Both the position numbers and the translations under genes were made by a program. 64,000 nucleotides of DNA. It comes from the human T2T-CHM13v2.0 reference genome, Homo sapiens. The stretch is from the NCBI RefSeq assembly GCF_009914755.1, contig NC_060934.1; one strand, 5' to 3'. Each line of letters begins with the position of its first letter. The first letter of the stretch is position 1. Below are positions 1-12,865 of this stretch, in pieces. Below the pieces are notes generated by a model. It saw only the letters and a program-made list of their open reading frames with translations. It was not told the DNA's origin and ran no database searches.

Positions 1-82
1 TCCAACCAAATAATATAAAAACTGCAAGTCTTTCCTAAATTTTCATATGTGATAGTTTAATCATGTTGTTCTCTTGGACTTA

Positions 83-520
<438 letters not shown>

Positions 521-815
521 TTAGCTTCATTAATTTGAAATGTTAATTTCCCAAAGAACTGTCTGTAGAGATTGCCATCTGATGAGAAGATAATCAAAAG
601 ATGAAAGAATAAATTCATTTATGGTCCTATTCCTTGCTATGCCTTTAGTTTCTTGCTGTGTACCTTGGATTGACTGGAACAAGTCTTATGCGGCCTTGGC
701 TTCATACAAGCTCATAAATTTTCATTATCACTGATAGATTGCCAAACTTAGACCAGTAATTCTGTTTGCATTTGGTGATAAAAGTGGGTCTATTGTGAAG
801 GACAAACCCAACTGA

Positions 816-1121
<306 letters not shown>

Positions 1122-1202
1122 CGGACCATCATGGTCTTTTAAATATCTTTTGAGAATGCAGCACTGACTCTGTACCTCAGATGTGCTTTTAAAGTGAGGT
1201 CT

Positions 1203-1535
1203 GTCTGGGCACAGTGGCTCACGCCTATAACCCCAACACTCCGGAAGGCCGAGGTGGGAGGATTGCTTGAGGCCAGGAGTTCAAGAGGAACCTGGGCAAC
1301 ATAGTGAGACCTGTCTCTGCAAAAAAATTTTAAAAATTAGCTGAGTTTGGTGACGCCCAACTGTAGCCCCAGCTACTCAGGAGGCTGAGGCAGGACAATC
1401 ACTTATGCCCAGGAATTCAAGGTTGCAGTGAGCTAAGATGATACCACTACACTCCAGCCTGGGCAACCCACACTGCATTCCAGCCTGGCCAACACAGTGA
1501 GACCCTGTCTCCAAAAATAAATAAATAAAATAAAA
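1203..1535 (+). mobile_element. AluJ with internal ~26-bp tandem duplication
   Basis: GGATTGCTTGAGGCCAGGAGTTC (J-type). CACT(A/G)CA(C/T)TCCAGCCTGG occurs twice at 1444-1493. (AAAT)n tail and TSD AAA(G/A)TGAGG. Confidence 0.9.
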
Positions 1536-3660
1536 ATGAGGCTTGATTCAGCAGTTCCCCTTTCAGTTGGAGGTGCATGATGCTTTTATTTTGTCATAAC
1601 TCTAAAATGTTTTTGTTTGCCTTCTACCTCTCACCTCATTAGCCACTGTATGATTACTGACAGTGAGCCATTATTACAGCTGCTATCATGATAGCATCAC
1701 CTTGGAACACAAAGCAGATATATCCTACATGTGAATTGATGTGGTTTTTCCAGTGGGTTCTGTGAGCAGGTATCTGATTTGTGCATTTACTCTTAATACT
1801 CGGTGGTATTGACACTGATTCTTTTGAACAGTTTGTTTAATCTGTTAGAGTACTTTTAAGTCTGAAGTTCTGTTGCAACACATTAACTTTCCTAAATGTC
1901 AGATTCACTCCTCTCCTGTAACATTATGTGTTTAAGTCTGTAGTTTATGCAGGTCACTGCAGAGGAAAGCTGAGGTTTGGACTTTTAGCTTATTTTAATA
2001 AATGTATTTATTTAGGACAGACTGGAATAATAGTGGGTTTTCAAAGACTTCGTGAAGTGCTTCATGCACAGTAGGGGCTGAGCAAATAGTGCTGATGATT
2101 TCAGGCTTTTCCTAGTTGCCTCACTGTGTGTTTTCATTTGGTGTGCTTGGATGAAGTGGTATTGCTTCTTTCTTCCCTAAAACCCCAGAGCCTGTGCCTT
2201 GCCTAGAACTCTCTTCCGTTGGGCAGCCCCACTTGCTTTTTGAATTTTTAACTATTTCTATTATCTTTTACTTCTGACCTTAAATATTGGCATTCCGCTT
2301 AGGATCGCTGTTTCTTTGCAAACTTCATGCCTACGGGATAAAATACAAATGTTACAGGAGTATCCAGTGAACTTCCAGGCTCCATTTTCTTCTCTTTTTC
2401 ATTAAGTAACTTTCATTATTGTTATTTTTTGTTACTACCAATGTTATCCATGTTTGTTTTAGAAAATATAGGCACTACTGACAAACAAAAAGCAGAAAAA
2501 TTAATGTTGCCTATTTTCCTCCCACTCAGAAGTGCTGTTAGTATTTGTATATGTACCAATGCATATGAATGCATGTATCAGTGAGAATTTATATGGATAT
2601 TATTTTTCCTCATAAAAATAAAATCTACTGTTTGGGAATCTACCTTCCCATACTTAATTTTGTACAGAGGTATTATAAATATGCCCCCATATTGTAAAAT
2701 ATCCTATACTGGGTTTTTTTTTCAGCTGCTGAATATTTCATTACAGAGGTGTTTCATACTTTAATTATCGTTGGGCATTTCAGCTCTTTCTGATTCCCAC
2801 AAACTTTATAAAACTCTTGTAGTTATGCACATAGCCATGACTATTTCTTTATACATTTGTAGGGGGGGATCGCTGGTTCAAAGTGCACACAGAACGTTAA
2901 GACACCTATCCCCTACCTTATCTCCTCTCCTAAACCTTCTTTGCCCTAGCCTAACTAGTCTAACTGCCTGGTTTTCTTTCTCTTTAACCACATGTACTCA
3001 GTCCCCTGCCTTCCAAACTCTCCAGTGTGTTTTAAGTGGCTCATGCCTCTCTACTCGTGGAATAGCCTTTCTAGGAGTCCTACCTGTGGGAATTCTGCCT
3101 TTCGTTTAAGACTTGTTTAAGCCTCTGAAGCCCTTCTCAGCCTTCCAGCTCAGAGGAATTGCCCTGCTTTATTGAGCTCTTATCTTATCACATTTAGTGT
3201 CTCTACCACCTTATTGATCACCTTACTCTATACCTACCAATATAATGCAGTATCTTTTTTCATGTGTTTATCTTATCTTCCCAAAAAGTCTTAACTCTAT
3301 AGTGTTAGCACTCAGACATCAAAGCTATACCTAGTAGGTTAAGTAAACATGCGGCTTTTATGATCAGACTTTCCTGAAATCTCTGGAGTTCTCTGTTCTT
3401 AGTCTACTTGAGACACCTATGTGCATTTGAAGGTTGATTTGAGTTCTTTTAGAGCACTTCCTAAGACACTCTCTAGTGGAGAGGCTGTTTCATTGGTACC
3501 CTGTAGAAGCAGCAGCTACTTGGGGTATTAGTTTGCTAACTATTCTTGGTCTAATTAGTAGTCATCTATTCATCACTCATTCTAGAAAACACATTGAGAG
3601 ATCACGTGAACATGCTTGAAGCTATCCTGCTAGCCTGAGGATTGTAGGTGGTGTTATAGG

Positions 3661-3686
3661 TGTGTGTGTGTGTGTGTGTGTGTGTG
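3661..3686 (+). repeat. (TG)13 microsatellite
   Basis: Direct read. Confidence 0.95.
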
Positions 3687-4424
3687 GACATTTTACATCT
3701 TAATAGTGGTACATATTAATGCCTTTCTCAAGGGAATCTTCTTCGTGTTTCAGGGTCATAGTAGTGACAAAAATATGCAGGGAATAAATCCAGATTGGAC
3801 TTGTTCCACCTTACCTTTTTTTTTATTATTATCGGCTTGTTTGTAATCTTTTTTTAAGATGACAGGTTATTAAGAAGATGATTGTAGCACGACATCTAGT
3901 GCTGCTTATTCTAGGCAATCACACCGTTTTAATCTTCGCCTCCCTTAAAATGGTTGCTTGCTAATTATGGTGGAAGATATTCTCCATCTTCCAACTACTC
4001 ATTCTACAACTTTTGTTCACAAAGAAAGTATTCTGTTAGGCCTTACAAAAACAATGCTTCATGCCTGGCCTATTCTCTCAATAGGAAATAAAACATTGTT
4101 TTCATAGCAGAGCTGATAATAAGGCAGAGTTCAAAGCATGATGAAACATATACTTTTCTAGCAGAGAAAAACCTATAGTTACCTGGCTAATTAACTATCA
4201 CGTGATGGCTGTGTGTATAAAGATACAGGCTTTTCACATGTGCGGCCTGTATCTGGGTTTCTTTTCTTTTTTTTTTAATTGAGAATGCTCATTTAGTTCC
4301 CATTGATTTGTATTAATGTTTTCCATCAAAGATTTAGAAGAATGAGCAAACACAGAAGCTGCCATTTTAGGGTAGCTTCTTTTTGACCACTGTACTAAAC
4401 CTCAGTAGTCAGTTATGTTGTAGC

Positions 4425-4650
4425 GGAAAGAGCATGAACTTTACAAAGTAAGATGGACCTGGATTGAAGTCCTTGCTCCATAAACTGTATGGCCTTAAAA
4501 GCTTTCACTCTGCTTTGATTGCTTATCTATAAATCAGCGTTAACAATACCCATCTCACAGTTTTGTCTCCCAGGACTTGGGAAGATTACGTTAGATCATC
4601 TATAGGGGTACCCAACACACAGTGGGAGCACTTGGTCAACAATATTAGTT
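4425..4650 (+). mobile_element. MIR fragment
   Basis: Degenerate MIR features: GGAAAGAGCATGAACTTT...GACCTGG...ATCTATAAA...CTCACAG. Confidence 0.55.
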
Positions 4651-4892
4651 TCCTTTCCCCTTTCCTTTAGAAAGGTAAACCCTTACTCAAGAAAGCAAAG
4701 TGAGTAGATGCAACATAAAAAGAATACCAAGACAGAGATTACAGTAGTATGTTATTTCATTTTATTTAATTCACAAACACTTGAGTTATCTATTATAAGA
4801 CATTGAAATTGATTGAGGGTTAAGTGAGCCATGATCCCAGTTCTGTAGGAATTTTGAAGTTTTTAATGTGATTTTTAAAAAATATAAATTTC

Positions 4893-5210
<318 letters not shown>

Positions 5211-5554
5211 ATTATATATATAAATTTCGATGCTAAAATTTACCTGTGTGTATTGTCCTACAGACCTGCTTTTTACTTCCTCTGATCACTCTTAGATCAT
5301 GATTAACAGCTGATGCTAGTTGGCTAGAAAATTTCGTGCCAGGAATTCAGAATGTACTCTGGATGATCACATGTAAAACATGTGTATTGCTGAGCTCCTC
5401 TGATGTTTCTCTGGCTGTGAACTGGTGTTCTTGTGGTTTATTGGATGTGCATGAGTAGGTGTGTGAATACGCTTGTGTGTTTGTGAAATCATCCCAACTG
5501 GAAATCTCTTTTGTCCTTGTGGTATCTATTTATTCCATAAGAAAGCAAACTATG

Positions 5555-5836
<282 letters not shown>

Positions 5837-5909
5837 GCAATCTATGATGTGCCATGGTTTTGTGTGTGTTATTTTCTCTTGGAGGTTATGAGTAAGAATT
5901 TTCAAGTTT

Positions 5910-6320
5910 AGAATAGCCTAAAGGATGCTGTAGTAGCAACATTTCTAAAACCTCAATAGCTGAACACAACAAAGACTGACTTCTTGTTTATATACTGTTC
6001 AGTGTGGGGTACATAGGACTCTAAGAGCAGTTTTCCCCTCTACAGTGGCCCTGCTTTGGACCTCCATACCAACACATGCTTCTATGCTCACGCAGAAAGG
6101 GAAAAAACAGGCACAAGTGGAGTACTGGCAATTAAGTGTTTATTAATACATACATTAATAACATGCAGTAACATGCATCACTTCTCACATTTCATTAATC
6201 AATGAAGTGATTAATTTCATGACCATGTCTTGACTTAAAGGAGGTGGGGATGGATATATGATCTTATAGCATTCTTAGAAGGAGAGGGGAATTGAATGTG
6301 AACATTAGTGATATTTCACA
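5910..6320. mobile_element. Old MaLR LTR (MLT1-type), degenerate
   Basis: GCTGTAGTAGCAAC...CTCAATAGCTGAACACAACAAAG...CACTTCTCACATTTCATT resembles MLT1J/K/L. Confidence 0.5.
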
Positions 6321-6411
6321 CATGCATTTAGGATAATGATGTATATCATAGGATAATAAAATCTCAGGGATGAAAGGAACTACAGATAATCTAGTTACAA
6401 GATTTTAGTAA

Positions 6412-6767
<356 letters not shown>

Positions 6768-6913
6768 CAGAAATCTTGATTAGTTGACTTTTTAATATTT
6801 TCAATGAGTGGGAATTTTTATTACTTTGTGAGATAGTCCCATTACATCTTTTATCCATCTCTTTGTTAGACATTCTTACTTCTGAAAAATAAATTTGACT
6901 ATATGGTTTATAA

Positions 6914-7248
6914 CAGGGGTCCCCAATCCCCGGGCTGTGGACTGGTACTAGCCCCTGGCCTGTTAGAAACTGGGCCGCACAGCAGAAAGTGAGTAGCCTG
7001 CCTGAACATTACTGCCTGAGCTTCACCTCCCATCAAATCAGTAGTGGCATTAGATTATCATAGGAGCACAAACCCTATTGTGAACTGTGCATGCACGTGA
7101 TCTAGGTTGTGTACTCCTTGTGAGAATGTAACTAATGCCTGATGATCTGAGGTGGAACAGTTTCATCCTGAAACCATCCCACACAGTCCATGGAAAAACT
7201 GCCTTCGCCAAAACTGGTCCCTAGTGCCAAAAAGTTTGGGGACCACTG
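6914..7248 (+). mobile_element. MER1B (hAT-Charlie MITE)
   Basis: TIRs CAGGGGTCCCCAA...TTGGGGACCACTG and 8-bp TSD GTTTATA(A/G). The internal sequence matches the MER1B consensus as recalled. Confidence 0.9.
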
Positions 7249-7747
7249 GTTTATAGCATAAACAATTGTATTAACTGTATACTGTTGTTTCCAGTTCTAT
7301 TCTTATAACAACATGGCACAAATCACATTTTTCTTTTTCTTGATAGCATTTCAAATATTTTCATTTCAGTTTCCAGGCCTCCTCAGCACTCTCTGTCCCC
7401 ACTCCCAATTTTCCCTTCTCCAGGTCAAACACTAATAACCTCAATCTCACATTCCTTATACAGTGTGATTTCTAGTTCCTTCACCTTTCTGGTGGCCCTT
7501 ATCTAAAGAAATCTAAGTTGTCCCTATCACTCTCAAACTGTAACTACATTTGTCTGTATTTAAAGAAAAGGTGACATCTCAATCTTTCTCTCCTTAATTT
7601 TACTTTTTATATAACACACATAAAAATGTAAGTAAAAAATCCTTCTTCACCTCCTTTCCAGTCCTACTCCTCCTCCCAGAAATAATAAATTGCTAACAAT
7701 TTGCGGGTATTCCTCCAGTTATCTGTGTGTGTTTGTGTGTAAATTGG

Positions 7748-7843
7748 TTTTTGTTTTTTTGAAATAGGATCTCACTCTGTTGGGATCATGGCTCATTGCA
7801 GCCTCAACCGCTTCCAGGCTCAAGTGATCCTCCCACCTCAGCC
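7748..7843 (-). mobile_element. Partial Alu / free monomer
   Basis: TCTCACTCTGTT...ATGGCTCATTGCAGCCTC...CTCAAGTGATCCTCCCACCTCAGCC. Confidence 0.75.
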
Positions 7844-7912
7844 TTTTAAATTGTTTTTCTGAAAAGACAGGAACTTACTATGTGCATTTTAGTGTTTAAC
7901 AGTAGTGCAGAG

Positions 7913-8647
<735 letters not shown>

Positions 8648-8813
8648 ATCTAGAGAGATTTGGACAAATGCAGTGTTTAGCCCAATCTGTTATTTTGAAG
8701 TAGAATCACCATTTCATGCTTCATAAGGCCAGGGCACTATATTTGCTGTAGAAAGAATATGAAGACGAAAGGGACCCAGTCACTGCCCTCAACTACGGCC
8801 TTCATTTTGAGGT

Positions 8814-8891
8814 TGTCCACCTGGTTGGTTGGTGGGTTTCCTCTTTTAGATTGGAGGGTTTCTGGTTTTCATGCATGTGTAGGAAGGAAGG
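8814..8891 (+). repeat. Direct repeat copy 1 (copy 2 at 10876-10952)
   Basis: TTGGTTGGTGGGTTTCCTCTTTYAGATTGGAGGGTTTCT...TTTTCATGMATGTGTAGGAAGGAAGG occurs twice. Confidence 0.9.
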
Positions 8892-9061
8892 AACTCACAG
8901 GTAGCAGGGCAAACAGCTACAACTATGTTATAAGGTAGAGTCTAGCCAGTGCATGGATGAAGGCGTAAGCAGTGTTCCAGGAGCTTGGATGAAGGTTGCA
9001 TGAGTACGTCTTGCCTGTGAACAACATTGTAAAAACTTAAAAGAGTAGGCATTGTGACCTC

Positions 9062-9342
9062 TTTTTCTTTCTTTCTTTCTTTTTGAGACGGATTCTCGTG
9101 GATTGGTGTGATCTCAGCCCACTGCAACCTCCGCCTCCCAGGTTCAAGCAATTTTTATCCTCAGCCTCGCAAATAGCTGTGATTACAGGTGCCCGCCACC
9201 GCGCCCGGCTAATTTTTGTATTTTTAGTAGAGACGGGTTTCACCATCTTGGCCAGGCTGGTCTAGATCTCCTGACCTTGTGATCCACCTGCCTCAGCCTT
9301 CCAAAGTGCTGGGATTAGAGGTGTGAGCCGCCGCGCCCGGCC
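9062..9342 (-). mobile_element. AluS (Sc-like) with a ~20-bp deletion near its 3' end
   Basis: Reverse Alu with TSD GTGACCTCTTTTTC on both sides. Confidence 0.93.
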
Positions 9343-10875
9343 GTGACCTCTTTTTCATTGGTAGTAGTCTCATACACATGATTGTTGAATGAATGAGGAG
9401 ACTCCCATCCCATGTACTACTCTTCCTATTCTACCAGGATATTACTAGAAATAAAGAATCTTGTGGTCAGCTCTGACTTAGATTTTCTTTTTGAAAGGCC
9501 TAGTCATCCCACTAGGAACTTATACTTAGTTCAAACACAGCTTTCCAAATAGAAACCCTGTGCTTGATGTTAAATACTGACCTTTTTGTTGTCTCCGATA
9601 AGTGCATAGTGGTTCATTTTGAGGTTGTCTGGTTAACAGAAGAAATATGTATGTTGTATATTCCTTGTCAAAATTCCTAATATTCCACCAAAGCTCTAGC
9701 ACTTCCATCCAGAAAGTGTTCTGAGGAGTTGAAGGCTCTTTCTTATTTTGATTTATTCAGTTTCATTTGCTTCATAATTATGAAGACTGTCCAGGCCTAC
9801 AAATGGCTGCATTGGCAATGAAAGGCTGTCAGTTGAAGCTCAGAATGTTAATAATTTATCCTCTCATTCACTATCCATGATTCATCACTGCAATATTTTC
9901 ATATTATATTCTTAGGGTACAACCTACAAGCTAGGGGAAAACATTAGCAATTTTAGATTGCAAATGATAGAACCTTTCCATGAAAATGTCAACTTTTTGC
10001 CTAGTTATATTCATGGTTGCAAATGGGGCTAGTGTGGTTAATCAAATTGTTTCATATAAAACAATTTCTCCTGAAGGCAATGTTAGTGGTGGATTTCACA
10101 AAATCACAGAATTCACCTTGGGAGAACTTTGTGGCTGAATAAAACTTCTGTCACATCTCTGTCTGGGGAGTGAAGGTAGGGCAATTTTATCTAGAATCTG
10201 TACTACACCTAATAGGTTCAGTGTTTGGCAGGAGATATACTGATAATCATTATTCCCCCACCCCACCTTCAAAAAAACCTATAAATTGGGCTACATGTCA
10301 AGTGCCTAAATGTTCTGCTGGGAAATAACCTGAGTAATAGGATCTTAATTAAGAACTGATGGATAATTTTTGTGGAGATGCTACCCCCTGCCAAAATCTG
10401 CATGCAGAATTTTATATGTAAACACACATTTTCTTGGGAGACCATTCATAGCATTCATCTGATTCTGAAAGGTATTGATGATGATTTTAAAGGTTATGAT
10501 ATACCCTTTTAAATGCCCAATTACCAGTTACTGTTCTCCCCAAGAAGCCACTCAGGCATCTCAGCTAAGTTTTATTTACTGTATTTTCCTAATAGTTCAT
10601 GCACGTGTGATAGGGAGGACAGGTGGTTGGTCACCTAGTCTAGTGGGGCTATAACTTGGGAGGGCAGCATGGATGACTTTGAGAATCCAAAGAACCCTAT
10701 GGACTGTCTACCCAGAAAACGTTTACATCCACAAAATTTGAATGACATTTGAGGACACTCATGAACAGCCCCCTCCTGAAGTTGGTCCATGAACTCTTTG
10801 TTAAGGACTGCTGGATGATTTCCTTTAAGAACACAGAACCATTATGCTGTGAAGAAGGAAAACAAGGATGATGTG

Positions 10876-10952
10876 TGTCTACCCGCTTGGTTGGTGGGTT
10901 TCCTCTTTCAGATTGGAGGGTTTCTTTTTTCATGAATGTGTAGGAAGGAAGG
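10876..10952 (+). repeat. Direct repeat copy 2
   Basis: See 8814-8891. Confidence 0.9.
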
Positions 10953-11640
10953 GCATGACTGTCTTATTTCATATATTTTTCTTTTATATTTTCAAATTAT
11001 AAATTTTGACAACAGGAGACAATAGGTAATATTCATTCTCTACTGTCTGGACAGCATGGAAATACTACGTACAGTAATGTCTTCAGTAGTTACTTTCTCT
11101 TTAGAAAGCTCCAAGGAAGCTCACAACAGTAGGAAGTCCTACTGAAACTCCTTTTGGTAAAGTGGAGCACGTTTTGTAATGGAAACACATTTTCTATGGC
11201 TTAATTTTTATATATAGGGTTTTCATAAAATGAGACTTGCCTAAGGATTCTTTTGGAAGCCTTTTGCCTCTTTTAACAGCAATGTGTTTATTATAGGAAT
11301 CAGTCTCCTGCTCACTTATAAAATATTCTAAATATTCACTTATAAATATTCTAAATATTTATAAGATTATGAGTTTTGTCTTTTAAGTAGGGAGTTCTGC
11401 ATATTGTTTTTGGCCAAAATGTAGCCTGCCTCCTTGAGCATGAGTTGAAGCCCAAGATGAGAAGCCCTTTTTTTTCCCCTCTGACCAAGATCTCATCTGC
11501 CATTTACTAGATTAGGCTACTTGAAGGGAAGGAAATGAGGGCCCCCTTCTTTTAATCCAGGACATTGTTAGGTATATCATAGGTGCTCCGTAGGTATGTT
11601 GGATGAATGGATGGATGATTAGACCTTAAATCTTGTACTT

Positions 11641-11885
11641 GGCAGCAACATAATGTAGTGGTAAGGGACTAAAAGTCTGGCAGACATAGACTAGCACTCT
11701 GGATCCCCAATCTCTAGCTTTATGCCCTTCGGCAAGTTGTAGAGTATCAGTTTTCTCATCTGTAAAATGGGTATAATAAATCTATCTGATAGGGATACTG
11801 TAGGATTTAATAACATATAGAATCCCAGGTGCTTATGGACATTTTTCTGGTGCCATAAAGCACTTGATACATGGTAGCATTATTA
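11641..11885 (+). mobile_element. MIR
   Basis: MIR core CAGTTTTCTCATCTGTAAAATGGG at about 11748-11771. Confidence 0.75.
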
Positions 11886-12199
11886 AACTCTTAAGCCTTA
11901 AATCAGGATATCCTAGACTTTAGTCATTTATAAAGCAACTTTATAGTTCTTGCCATACCAATAACACTGTTTTATTATTTACTTAATTTTTCTTTAAATT
12001 AATTGCTTTTTAATTTAAAGAACTTTAAGTAGGAAATTTTATATCATCACTGTAAATGGAAAACCTGTATCACTTGCTATAATTAATGGTGAAGGTAAAT
12101 ATATAATCCTTAAAATAAAAAATATGTTTATCCATGTACCACCTAACATTGACTTGGGTACCGCTAGTGTATACCACAGTTAAGTCATTTCCTTTGAGG

Positions 12200-12430
12200 C
12201 TTTTCTCTTGGGCAACAGCCTAACCTAGGTTATTGATAGCTTTGAGACCTTCTGAGACCATGCAAGCCTCGTGTCAACAACAAGCTAGAAAGGGTTGGAA
12301 CCGGTTGCGCTGAATTAATCTATAGGCTCAGAAGTGTAACTGCCACACAGATGTGAAGTCTGAAAATAACCCACCGTGCACCTGCCCTTTTCGCGTGTCA
12401 GTTACAGTGTTAACTGAGCACCAGAGGATG
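12200..12430. promoter_or_regulatory. Candidate haematopoietic enhancer core (MEF2-like, MYB and E-box motifs)
   Basis: TTATTGATAG (12230-39), TAACTG (12337, 12411), CAGTTA (12399), CACCTG (12379), CAGATG (12348) and retained CpGs. Position agrees with the recalled rs7090445 enhancer. Confidence 0.6.
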
Positions 12431-12556
12431 AAATGCTGTAGGAACAGTAAAGGCATGAATCTTACCTTCCAGATGCTCAGACTCTTATCAGTGGTTTGAT
12501 ACCTAGCCCCTTGATTGGGCTTGGGGACCTCAGTGTCTCAATTCTGGGCAATTTCT

Positions 12557-12865
<309 letters not shown>

